Origin: Bdellovibrionales bacterium
GTDB taxonomy: Bacteria > Bdellovibrionota > Bdellovibrionia > Bdellovibrionales > UBA1609
Length of the DNA: 25,204 nucleotides
Assembly: GCA_020435185.1 (NCBI GenBank)
Contig: JAGRAA010000032.1
Coordinates: forward strand, 1-25,204
Direction: 5' to 3'
In this document: positions 1 through 8,360 of the stretch, piece after piece
Numbering within the stretch: position 1 is the stretch's first letter
Layout: every line of letters starts with the position of its first letter
Program-made: the position numbers and the translations under genes
Notes under the pieces: generated by a model
What the model was told of the DNA's origin: nothing
Databases searched by the model: none
What the model saw: only the letters and a program-made list of their open reading frames with translations

Positions 1-43
1 TAAAAATAATGAATTGATTTATTATTTATGATAGATATTTTTA

Positions 44-883
44 ATGATTAATTCTCAAGACCTTACATACTTTATGCAAATTGCAAAAGAAGGACACCTC
101 TCCAAAGCCGCTCAAACTCTTGGCGTGACTCAACCCACACTTAGCCATAGCTTGAAGAAAATAGAAAATGAACTCGGACTAGAACTTTTTATACGATCCA
201 AAAAGGGCGTTAAACTTACTGCTCCTGGAGAAAAACTCTATCAACATGGCCATGAGTTCTTACTTCATTGGAACCAACTTTTTGAGCAACTTCACAACGA
301 AGTAAATGTGGTCCAAGGCCTGATAAAATTGGGCTGCCATACAGCTGTCGCCAAATACACTCTCCCCAATTTCATCCCAAAACTTACGAAAAACTATCCC
401 AAATTAAAAATTCAACTTTTCCATGACCTCTCAAGAAATATTACTGCAAAAGTGATTGCCGACGAAATTGATATTGGCATTGTGGTAAATCCTATAGAAC
501 ACAACGAACTCGTGATAAAGCCTTTGCTCATAGATCAAGTTACACTTTGGAAACCTAAAAACTGCCTAAACGAAAAACTATTGATGCTAGACCCTGATCT
601 GATCCAGTCTCAATATATTTTAAACAAAATGAAAGGCTTCAAAAGTAAGTACGGTCAAACTTTAGAATCCTCAAGCTTAGAGGTTATTGCCCTTCTTCTA
701 GAATCCGGAGCAGGTCACGCCATACTGCCAGAGAAAGTCATCATGTCCTTAAAATCCAAAAATATTGTAAAAGTAAATGAGGCGCCCAAATTTAACGATC
801 GAATTTGTTTAATCTATAAACATGAATTTAGAAAGTTAAAGCGAGGAGAGGTTTTCATCAATACTTTGGTTGCGACCATTTAA
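44..883 (+). CDS. LysR-family transcriptional regulator
   Basis: 279 aa. N-terminal LysR wHTH (LSKAAQTLGVTQPTLSHSLKKIENELGLELFIRSKKGVKLTAPGE) followed by a substrate-binding domain (GLIKLGC...LPNFIPKL...YPKLKIQL). The 3' end overlaps the convergent ORF by 26 nt. Confidence 0.92.
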   Translation: MINSQDLTYFMQIAKEGHLSKAAQTLGVTQPTLSHSLKKIENELGLELFIRSKKGVKLTAPGEKLYQHGHEFLLHWNQLFEQLHNEVNVVQGLIKLGCHTAVAKYTLPNFIPKLTKNYPKLKIQLFHDLSRNITAKVIADEIDIGIVVNPIEHNELVIKPLLIDQVTLWKPKNCLNEKLLMLDPDLIQSQYILNKMKGFKSKYGQTLESSSLEVIALLLESGAGHAILPEKVIMSLKSKNIVKVNEAPKFNDRICLIYKHEFRKLKRGEVFINTLVATI

Positions 884-1616
884 AAATCGGACCTTTATAT
901 CCAAAATCCCCATACACTTGAAAAGGTATTTCACTTACCAACACAAATCCAAGATTTTGACTCTTTCCTCTCACGTTCTGCAAAAACCAATCTGTAACAT
1001 TAAATTGAATTTTCACTGCCAAAGCATTTTGCCCTTTAGGTTGCAACGCCTCTTCCCTTTGACTCGATCTTAGGTTTAAATTTTGCGTACTCGCAGAATT
1101 TTCAGGCCCGGGTTTCGGTTGAGGAATAGTAATATCCTCTGGTTGATCCGCATATGAGGCGACAGACAAGCATTCATTAGGATTATAAGTTCCACCAGGC
1201 ACTTCCCATTTCCCACCATTAAAAGGATGAGCGTTGTACCAAGTGGCAAGAAACAGCCACTCTTGCGACAAAGGACATAACTTAATTTGTTGAAGCTGAT
1301 CTTCCGTTAACCCCGAATCTTCAGTATAAACCTCCAATGCCACGACAAAATAGTCATCTATAATCACGTCTTTTGATTTTTCCGCCAAGTCATCAGATCG
1401 CAATAGAACTCTTTGACTCGCATCAACTTCATAAGAGCTCTGCCTAAAAGTTCTTTCATCTTTAGGATCAGATATACTTTGTTTGATCATTTTCATTTGG
1501 CCAGCGCTAGAATATTCATATTTTCTCACCATCGGATCGTCTGATGTAGATAGGCACCCAGTAATACAGATATTTAAAACACTAATTATTACTAAAAGGA
1601 CAATTTGATTCTTCAT
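858..1616 (-). CDS. Predicted lipoprotein with a DNRLRE/CBM96-like beta-sandwich domain
   Basis: Basic N-terminus, hydrophobic stretch and lipobox ITGC (Cys21). RVLLRSDDL, LCPLSQEW...ATWY...W..PGG and FNVTDW...NLGFVL resemble DNRLRE-domain patterns (recognised by eye). Starts 5 nt after the upstream stop. Confidence 0.6.
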   Translation of the reverse strand: MKNQIVLLVIISVLNICITGCLSTSDDPMVRKYEYSSAGQMKMIKQSISDPKDERTFRQSSYEVDASQRVLLRSDDLAEKSKDVIIDDYFVVALEVYTEDSGLTEDQLQQIKLCPLSQEWLFLATWYNAHPFNGGKWEVPGGTYNPNECLSVASYADQPEDITIPQPKPGPENSASTQNLNLRSSQREEALQPKGQNALAVKIQFNVTDWFLQNVRGKSQNLGFVLVSEIPFQVYGDFGYKGPIFKWSQPKY

Positions 1617-1621
1617 AATGA

Positions 1622-2968
1622 TTACCAGTTATAATTAAATTTTACGCCGATATTTTGTTTTCCTGATCCGTAATAGAGTATATCACCAAAACGAGAGAGG
1701 TTAAAATTTTCATCAGCATTGAGTAAAAAGGTTGAAAAGATTATAAAAGAGTGTCTAGAGCCTAGCCACCCGATTTCGGGCCCAACTGTAACTATACGCT
1801 CTCTTTTATTCACTATCCTTGAGGAGCTCCCAGACGTTACTATTAATTCGTCAGCAAGACTGTACTCTAAAAAACCACCAACTCCAATATTTTGAGTCAC
1901 CCGACCTTTAAGGTCCATTCGGGCAGAGAGAATATCTCCGTATTTATAATTTATAGGGATGGAAAAAGTCTCATCTTTAACTTCTGACCCCATCGTGTAT
2001 TGAATACTATTACTCAAAACCAGCTCATCTGTTTTTAATGTGAACATTTTTAATCCCAATCTTTTCGTATCTCTGGGAACAAATGTCGACTGACCCTCTG
2101 GCTCTCCAGAATGAAACGTTCCCTCAGCAAACCATAGAATACGAAAACGAGTAGGCGTGTTTAACTTCCCGACCAATGATATAGAGAGAGGACCAATTTC
2201 ATTTTTTCCATCTGAGTTTTGCAAATAACTAAATTTTAATCCCAAACCAACTCCAGTCATACTGCCTCCAAAAGGATACAAACGGCTATTTAAAACATAA
2301 GCTGAAGTAGGAGTTCCACTATCATTATCAGAAAAAATTCGAGATTCTACCGAAAAGGCACTTCTTTCTATCTGATCTTCTTCTAAATAATATTGAATCG
2401 CCAAACTACTGTTTTCGTATGATGGGACATATTTATTGCAAACACTAGTAATTTGATCAACGGTTGCTTCGGGACCTGTTATAGACAATGTTATATCACT
2501 CACAATTTTTTCGTCTTCCCTAATTTTCTCATGAAGAGCTCTATGCAGTCCTTCGTGAATGTGCAGTGCTACTAATTGATCTTCGGTTAAACTTTTACTG
2601 ATAGGAAAAAATCGAGTTGCAGCATGAGGGCGAGCAAAGGTCCGCGCATAAACATAGCCTCTCATGTCTGTTTCAAAGCCTCCAAGAGACTTTAACTCCA
2701 GGTCACTCACGTCTTTTTTTGTGATATAGATTTTTGTGTTTTCAACCTCTGGAATCAAGCTCCCTAAACCCCTAATTGCTCCAACATTCAAACCATTTAA
2801 TAACTTTACAGCTTTCTTCTGAGCATTGATTAATGGTCCTGATTGTACCCTTTCAAATCCCTCCAAGTCTGATCCATTATCTCCGTTTCCAACCCGAGTA
2901 GTTGTGGCATTACCTACACTCTCGATTATGAAAAACAAAAGCACTAATATAAAACCTGTTCTTTTCAT
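1622..2968 (-). CDS. Secreted/outer-membrane protein: N-terminal HExxH (HEGLH) domain plus C-terminal predicted beta-barrel
   Basis: 448 aa with a Sec-type signal peptide (MKR-hydrophobic-VGNA) and LHIHEGLH. The C-terminal ~260 aa has about 12 alternating amphipathic strands and ends in VKFNYNW (terminal aromatic). Its ATG overlaps the TGA of the restored upstream regulator frame (ATGA). Confidence 0.6.
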   Translation of the reverse strand: MKRTGFILVLLFFIIESVGNATTTRVGNGDNGSDLEGFERVQSGPLINAQKKAVKLLNGLNVGAIRGLGSLIPEVENTKIYITKKDVSDLELKSLGGFETDMRGYVYARTFARPHAATRFFPISKSLTEDQLVALHIHEGLHRALHEKIREDEKIVSDITLSITGPEATVDQITSVCNKYVPSYENSSLAIQYYLEEDQIERSAFSVESRIFSDNDSGTPTSAYVLNSRLYPFGGSMTGVGLGLKFSYLQNSDGKNEIGPLSISLVGKLNTPTRFRILWFAEGTFHSGEPEGQSTFVPRDTKRLGLKMFTLKTDELVLSNSIQYTMGSEVKDETFSIPINYKYGDILSARMDLKGRVTQNIGVGGFLEYSLADELIVTSGSSSRIVNKRERIVTVGPEIGWLGSRHSFIIFSTFLLNADENFNLSRFGDILYYGSGKQNIGVKFNYNW

Positions 2969-3741
2969 TTTACTTCCTCTTTTTTTGACAACCTAAAAAA
3001 TAAAGTTTCAAATTGATAAACTTCATTTTTTCTACCTTTAGAATATTTTTCAGCCATTTAATCTTGAAACTCTCGAATCTCTTTCTTTACTTGTGGTAAA
3101 TACTTTTCATCAAAACCAAAACCCACTCCACTTATTTCTCGCTCATTTACACTTTGTTCAAAAAGTGCTGTTGAAGCCTTCTCTAAAATAGACTGATGAT
3201 AAGACTTAATCGATCCTGATGGAATATCTTGTGGTGTCTCTACATACTCTTTTTCTACAACAATTTTTTTATTTTTCTTTTTAAGTAAATGAACCTTCAA
3301 AAGCCTATCCACTGCCGCCTTTACCTCTATGGGAGAAATTCCGAGACGCTTAGAAATATACTTAATATCCCACTTAAAACCTACGCAATCAGATAAATTT
3401 AGAATAGCAAAATGATACCATCCTTCTATAACTTTAAAGTACTCTAAATCTAAAATAGATTTAGATTGACCATTCTCCACTCCCGCATTTAATTTTAAAT
3501 CTTGAGTGAGTAAAAGCAGATGTTTTTTCTCTATTTCCGACAATCCCAACGCCTCACTAATCTTTAAAGCTCCCTTTGCCGTCAACTTGCGTTTTTCATT
3601 TAAGATCTGCGAAAACTCTCCGGGACTCATTTTTAAATCTCTTGCGTAAGATCTCAAAGAATACTGAGGGTTATTTCTAACCCTGCGTTCTAATTCAGCT
3701 CTTAAAAAGTCAATATAACTGTCATAGTTCAAAATATTCAC
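2965..3741 (-). pseudogene. TIGR02147/DUF4423-type HTH regulator interrupted by an in-frame TAA at 3058-3060
   Basis: N-terminus YIDFLRAELERRVRNNPQYSLRSYARDLKMSPGEFSQILNEKRKL, central WYHFAIL and SIKSYHQSIL match the family. The frame continues past the TAA as MAEKYSKGRKNEVYQFETLFFRLSKKEEVK to TGA at 2965-2967, giving the family-type C-terminal EVYQ..LFF.L motif. GTG start with AGGA SD. Confidence 0.75.
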
Positions 3742-3750
3742 AAAGAATTC

Positions 3751-4302
3751 CTATTCTAATGTACTTGAAGAACAACTTCCCTCTATAGGTTTGACCACTT
3801 TTACCTCTTCTATGTGCTGCTCTTCATATTTAACGTCTATATATCTTGTGCCAACTTCATAACTTTTCTCTCCGGCACAAAACTGATTTTGCTCACTGTC
3901 CTCTTTTATGTCGCTACAAAAAGTAAATTCATAGCGCAACTCGTTTTTCCCTTCAATAACATGAATATCTAACCATGTTGGAGAAGTATTGATATAAAAG
4001 CTGTCATAATTATAAGACATTCCCGTATCACCAGTAGTAAGATTTTTAAATTGTGAACCAAAAATCCCACTGTACGTGCGAGGAGATATTCTCATAAATT
4101 TTTGAGGAGATTTTACCGTCTCAACTCGATCACTAATAAGCTTTTCATCACAATCATACCTTACAACTCTTTGAGTTTTTTTGACCAATAAGACTTCGTA
4201 AGAATCCTCTGAATTTGAACTTTCAATAGGTATAACTTCACTATTACACCCTGCCATACCCATCATAACTAGACCTATACTAATAACTTTCTTGATTCCC
4301 AT
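3751..4302 (-). CDS. Hypothetical lipoprotein
   Basis: Start moved from 4335 to ATG 4302 (SD AAAGGA upstream), giving MGIKKVISIGLVMMGMAGC with lipobox MAGC. Four further Cys. No family recognised. Confidence 0.65.
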   Translation of the reverse strand: MGIKKVISIGLVMMGMAGCNSEVIPIESSNSEDSYEVLLVKKTQRVVRYDCDEKLISDRVETVKSPQKFMRISPRTYSGIFGSQFKNLTTGDTGMSYNYDSFYINTSPTWLDIHVIEGKNELRYEFTFCSDIKEDSEQNQFCAGEKSYEVGTRYIDVKYEEQHIEEVKVVKPIEGSCSSSTLE

Positions 4303-4365
4303 ATATATTCCTTTCCCAACTTTGAACATAATCAATATCGCCTAGTTTCTAAAAATAATAAATTA

Positions 4366-4390
4366 TTTTTGAAACATTCTGTTTCAAAAA
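4366..4390. promoter_or_regulatory. Perfect palindrome TTTTTGAAACA-TTC-TGTTTCAAAAA, candidate operator upstream of the lipoprotein/TIGR02147 operon
   Basis: 11-bp arms (4366-4376, 4380-4390), 3-nt spacer, about 64 nt upstream of ATG 4302. Extra GAAAC/GTTTC half-sites at 4345 and 4392. Function inferred. Confidence 0.45.
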
Positions 4391-4401
4391 AGAAACATGT
4401 A

Positions 4402-4444
4402 AAATATTTAAAAAGCCTCGTTTTCTGAGACTTTTTAAATATTT
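4402..4444 (-). terminator. Intrinsic terminator of citrate synthase
   Basis: 18-nt arms 4402-4419 and 4427-4444 with one mismatch that is a G.U pair in the minus-strand RNA (AAAAAGUCUC-7 nt loop-GAGGCUUUUU), 38 nt after the gltA stop. Confidence 0.75.
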
Positions 4445-4482
4445 GTAATTATTAATAATAACTTACTCTAACGAGCTTTCGA

Positions 4483-5610
4483 TTATCTATTGGCAATAGG
4501 CGTGTACTTAAGTCCTTCTTTACCAATCCACTCCCCTCTCGGGCGATAGATTCTATTTTTTGAAAACTGTTCAAAGATGTGAGCCAACCAACCGCTCACT
4601 CTAGAAGTTGCAAAAATCGGTGTATAAAGATCTAATGGAATATTCATAGAGTAATAAACAGAAGCTGAATAAAAATCTACGTTCGGAAGCAATCCTTTTT
4701 CTTTTTGAACAGTATCATCTATGACTTTAGACATATCATAATAACTAGTTCCAGCTTTTTTACACAAAGACTGTGACATGCTTCTTAAGATTTTAGCTCT
4801 AGGATCACCATTTTTATAAACTCGATGACCAAAACCCATAATTTTTTCTTTATTCGCCAAAGCATTCGTCACCCACTCAGTAGCTTTTTCTACAGTTCCA
4901 ATATCCACAAGCATACGCATCACTTGTTCATTGGCTCCGCCATGAAGTGGACCCTTCAGGGCTCCGATGGCACTCACCACTGCTGAATAAATATCACTTA
5001 AACTAGACGCTGTTACTCGAGCCGAAAATGCTGAACAATTTAACTCATGATCAGCATGTAAAATTAAACAGGTATCAAAAACTTTAACCACTTCAGCATC
5101 TGGCTCTGTACCCGCCATCATATAGTGAAAGTTCCAAGCGAAGCTTTTTTCTGGATTAGGTGAGACATAGGCTTTTCCATTTCTCACTCGTTCAAAAAGA
5201 GCGACCAAAGTGCCAACTTTAGCCGTCAATTTTAAAGCCACACGATGTTGAGCCGCCTCGTCCGTAGACTGAGCTTCTGAATCCCATAAAGACAACATAG
5301 ATGTCGCCGTTCTCAACCAAGCCATAGGATGAACATCTTTTACAGGTAATTGCGAAAGTTGTTTAACTTGATCTTCAGTCAAACCCATCTCTTTACTTAT
5401 ATTTTTTTTAAAATCATCAAGCTCGGCTTTATTTGGAAGACGATCATTCCAAAGTAAAAATACGGTTTCTTCAAAAGTGGAATTGGCAGCAAGGTCCTCT
5501 ATTAAATACCCCCTATAACAAAGGGTCGCATCCACAATGGATGAAATTCCCGTTGTACAGGCAACAACACCCTCTAAGCCTTTATCTACTGCGCCACTGT
5601 ATGTTTCCAT
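4483..5610 (-). CDS. gltA: Citrate synthase (short type; 2-methylcitrate synthase not excluded)
   Basis: KGLEGVVAC, YRGY, ADHELNCS, GPLHGGANE, IMGFGHRVYKNGDPR, PNVDFYS, RIYRP. SD AGAGAGG. Confidence 0.9.
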   Translation of the reverse strand: METYSGAVDKGLEGVVACTTGISSIVDATLCYRGYLIEDLAANSTFEETVFLLWNDRLPNKAELDDFKKNISKEMGLTEDQVKQLSQLPVKDVHPMAWLRTATSMLSLWDSEAQSTDEAAQHRVALKLTAKVGTLVALFERVRNGKAYVSPNPEKSFAWNFHYMMAGTEPDAEVVKVFDTCLILHADHELNCSAFSARVTASSLSDIYSAVVSAIGALKGPLHGGANEQVMRMLVDIGTVEKATEWVTNALANKEKIMGFGHRVYKNGDPRAKILRSMSQSLCKKAGTSYYDMSKVIDDTVQKEKGLLPNVDFYSASVYYSMNIPLDLYTPIFATSRVSGWLAHIFEQFSKNRIYRPRGEWIGKEGLKYTPIANR

Positions 5611-5649
5611 TCCAAATACCTCTCTTTACGAAATTTTTTTTATGGTAGC

Positions 5650-6468
5650 TTATTTACGATTCTTTTTAAAGGCGGACTGTGACAGAGTTCTATAAACAAT
5701 ATCGAAGACCAGAGAGTGATAAAGAAGACCTACATGACCCGTTGAATCGATTTCAAAATTTTTAAAATGAACAGAAGACTCATTGAGCAAACAACTATCC
5801 AAAGGCCAGGCCGTCCAATCATTTTTCGCATAAATACTGGTGATCCGACTTCCTCTAGGTGGCTTTAATGAGTTCAATGTCTGCATAAAGTGAGAGTTAA
5901 ACTTTAAATCTTTAGCCAAAGACCCTGACATAAAAGCTTTTAAAAAAGAACTCGCCTGTGTTCCATAATGACAGGTTCCCAAGGTGATCAGGTTTTTGAC
6001 CTTCCCTCTTCCTGGTCCCACAGACATATAATGCCGCGCCACTAAACCACCCAAAGAATGGGCTACTATATCCACTTTTTTCGCCCCCGTCTGTTGTAAA
6101 ATTTCATCTACCTTTACAGAGAGGTCTTCTATCATTCCCGTGATACTTCCATGACGAGTAGAATAATTAAGACTAAATACATTTTTCCACTCCCAATCAG
6201 TCATTTCTCGCCTCAAAGCAAAAAAAGCTGAGTGATTGTGAATCACCCCATGAACCAACAATATAGGTCTAGGATTTTTTATATATTTATGATGCCGTAA
6301 AACTTGCTCGCGCTGCTCTAGCCAACCTAGAGGATAATGCTTAATGGCCTTAGTGTGCGCAAAAATTTCTCTTATAATAGCCAACGCATGAGTCTGCCAA
6401 CCTATGACTGGCTTTTCTGAGGGCGCAACCAATTGTTGAAAGGGATGTTTAAGAATCAAATTTGCCAT
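5650..6468 (-). CDS. Alpha/beta-hydrolase (lipase/esterase-like)
   Basis: ILLVHGV oxyanion region, nucleophile elbow AHSLGG, LITLGT.H.G and C-terminal GHVGLL. Confidence 0.82.
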   Translation of the reverse strand: MANLILKHPFQQLVAPSEKPVIGWQTHALAIIREIFAHTKAIKHYPLGWLEQREQVLRHHKYIKNPRPILLVHGVIHNHSAFFALRREMTDWEWKNVFSLNYSTRHGSITGMIEDLSVKVDEILQQTGAKKVDIVAHSLGGLVARHYMSVGPGRGKVKNLITLGTCHYGTQASSFLKAFMSGSLAKDLKFNSHFMQTLNSLKPPRGSRITSIYAKNDWTAWPLDSCLLNESSVHFKNFEIDSTGHVGLLYHSLVFDIVYRTLSQSAFKKNRK

Positions 6469-6474
6469 ACAACT

Positions 6475-7371
6475 TTAGGCGAGTTTAATCACTCGATCCT
6501 TAACCTCCATGACCAAAACAGTAACATCCTTTTGCAACTCTTGACCGGCCAAAAAGCGCTGTGCATCAAAAACAATTTGATTTCTAAGATCATGCACCTC
6601 TTTATTTGAAGATTTAGAAATAGAGCGCAATAACCCCTCTCTCCCATAACGCTCTCCATTGAGGCTCTGAATATTAATCAGGCCCGGCGTCGCGACAATG
6701 AGTCGATCCTTAGAGTTCAACTCGATTTCATGGGACGCAATAACCTGAGAGAAGTTTACATTCACACTATCTCCCCCAGTAATCAAAGGCTTAATATCTC
6801 CCGTGGAATGAGTTTGAACAAACCCTACAACATCGCCTAACAAACAATAGCTCAGCTTAAAACTTCGCCGATCTAATAGACCATAAAATAGACTTGCTGA
6901 ATCTTCCCCATTATTCTCTTCGTCTTTTAAAATTTTAATCAGATCTTTAACAATTTTCGTCGTCATACTTAAGGCGTCAGAGCCACTTCGGGCCTCCATT
7001 CGTCCCGTATACTTTAACAGCACCGTCAACAGCAGCGCCGAAATCCCATAGCCAGATGCGCTAGACACAATACAACCAAATCGAAATTTATTTTCATGAC
7101 TAAATATGTCTAAATAATCACCACCAGAAATGTAACTAGGTATAAATTTACTGCTGATATCCACACCCTCAATAGCGGGCAATTCCGTTGGGACCATAAT
7201 TTTTTGTAAATGCTTAAGAACCTTCAGATCTTGGCTAAAATTTAAAATTAAGCTTTCAATTTTATCATTCGCCTTTTTTAAAGCCTCACGAAATAGCCCC
7301 AAGTCAGATTCTTTTTGCTCAAGCTCTGCTTCTAATTGTTTTATTCGATGTAAAAGTTCAGATTCTTCCAT
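6475..7371 (-). CDS. SpoIIE/RsbU-type PP2C-fold protein with N-terminal coiled coil, probably catalytically degenerate
   Basis: N-terminal heptad-rich helix, QKIMVP..LP.IEG.DIS..F.PS...GGDYLD, then SSASGYG, ATPGL and QKDVTVLV at the positions of the DVxGHG, TDG and DDxT motifs. Confidence 0.75.
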   Translation of the reverse strand: MEESELLHRIKQLEAELEQKESDLGLFREALKKANDKIESLILNFSQDLKVLKHLQKIMVPTELPAIEGVDISSKFIPSYISGGDYLDIFSHENKFRFGCIVSSASGYGISALLLTVLLKYTGRMEARSGSDALSMTTKIVKDLIKILKDEENNGEDSASLFYGLLDRRSFKLSYCLLGDVVGFVQTHSTGDIKPLITGGDSVNVNFSQVIASHEIELNSKDRLIVATPGLINIQSLNGERYGREGLLRSISKSSNKEVHDLRNQIVFDAQRFLAGQELQKDVTVLVMEVKDRVIKLA

Positions 7372-7443
7372 ATAGAAATCGCCCCTTAGCTATAATCTCC
7401 CTGATATCGACATGCTTTGTCAACTGGGATAAAAACTGTAACC

Positions 7444-7472
7444 TTGAAATTACTTCAAGCCTCCATTATTTT
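7444..7472 (+). promoter_or_regulatory. Candidate sigma70 promoter TTGAAA-17-TATTTT for the SirB1-like gene
   Basis: -35 at 7444-7449, -10 at 7467-7472; the predicted start of transcription falls at about the ATG 7480. The -35 is the left arm of CTTGAA-ATTAC-TTCAAG. Confidence 0.35.
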
Positions 7473-7479
7473 GTGAATA

Positions 7480-8337
7480 ATGTTTTTTCACTCAAAAATA
7501 GATTGGCAAAAAATCAAACATGAGCTCGACCTACTCCGAGCCAGCGAAGGTTACTCCATTGGGCCTCTGCTATTGGCTATAAATTGCTATATTAATGCCG
7601 AACCCCAAAGCAGTAGATTTTTTAAAAAACTTTATCGATACTGTTTTTTGATTGAAGACAAAGTCAAAAACTTAGCCGAAGAAGAACGCCTACTCCAACT
7701 CAATCAATTTATTTTTGAAGATATGCAGTTTCAAATTATTCCAGAAAGCTTAAACAACAACGTCTACGAACTATTGCCCGAAAGCTTATTGATTTCTCAA
7801 AAAGGACCAGCTCTCTCTATCGCCATTTTTTACTTACATCTCGCGGAGTTTTTAGAACTCCCTATTTACTTAGCCAATCACTCTAGTTTTTGCGTTTTAA
7901 AATGGATTCGTCCTAAAAAAACCACCTTTATTGATTTAAGCCAGCAGGGTAAAATTTTAACTGAAGAAGAGGTTCTCGAATTCTTTAATAATAAAAAACC
8001 TATCCCACAATGCCATGCCAATCTTTTAGAACGAATGTCCAGCAAAGACATTGTAACTTTATATTTAGAAAAGATCTTAGAGTTTTTAGGCCGAACAAAC
8101 TTCTATAAAAAAATAATACTGATTTATGATATCTTGCTAGAACTACACCCAAGCAACACTGGATACATTGTAAAAAGAGCATTAACTAAAAAAGCTATAG
8201 GACTAAACAAAGAAGCCCTATTAGATTTTAAACGTTATTTTACTTATATAGATAAAAAAGACGCTCCTCATGAAATTAAATTAGCTTACTATGAGGCAAA
8301 TGCTTTAAGTACGCAAATAGATGAAATGGTTCACTAG
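7480..8337 (+). CDS. SirB1-like / transglutaminase-like (Transglut_core2) protein with C-terminal TPR-like helices
   Basis: LNQFIFEDMQF, GPALSIAIFYLHLAEFLELP, FIDL..QGKIL; C-terminus LELHPSNTGYIVKRALTKKAIGLNKEALLDFKRY is TPR-like. Confidence 0.75.
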   Translation: MFFHSKIDWQKIKHELDLLRASEGYSIGPLLLAINCYINAEPQSSRFFKKLYRYCFLIEDKVKNLAEEERLLQLNQFIFEDMQFQIIPESLNNNVYELLPESLLISQKGPALSIAIFYLHLAEFLELPIYLANHSSFCVLKWIRPKKTTFIDLSQQGKILTEEEVLEFFNNKKPIPQCHANLLERMSSKDIVTLYLEKILEFLGRTNFYKKIILIYDILLELHPSNTGYIVKRALTKKAIGLNKEALLDFKRYFTYIDKKDAPHEIKLAYYEANALSTQIDEMVH

Positions 8338-8360
8338 TACACTGTAGAGAACTAGTCATC

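Noticed and set aside
1-43. LysR T-N11-A box and promoter upstream of the LysR gene
   Set aside because: The region is extremely AT-rich and cut by the window edge, so such matches are uninformative.
1622-3057. Read-through fusion of the regulator tail with the downstream beta-barrel gene
   Set aside because: The frames differ (89 nt between 3057 and 2968); the tail ends at TGA 2967-2965.
3058-3060. Stop-codon reassignment (alternative genetic code)
   Set aside because: TAA terminates many intact genes in this window (gltA, menB, menG, aroKDE), and no other internal stops were seen.
7391-7423. Minus-strand TTGACA (7423-7418) as promoter of the PP2C-like operon
   Set aside because: No acceptable -10 at 16-18 nt spacing; the nearby TATAAT is on the opposite strand.
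8335-8358. Paired ACTAGT motifs between the convergent SirB1-like and Na/Pi genes as a terminator
   Set aside because: Short AT-rich stem, long loop and no U-tract.
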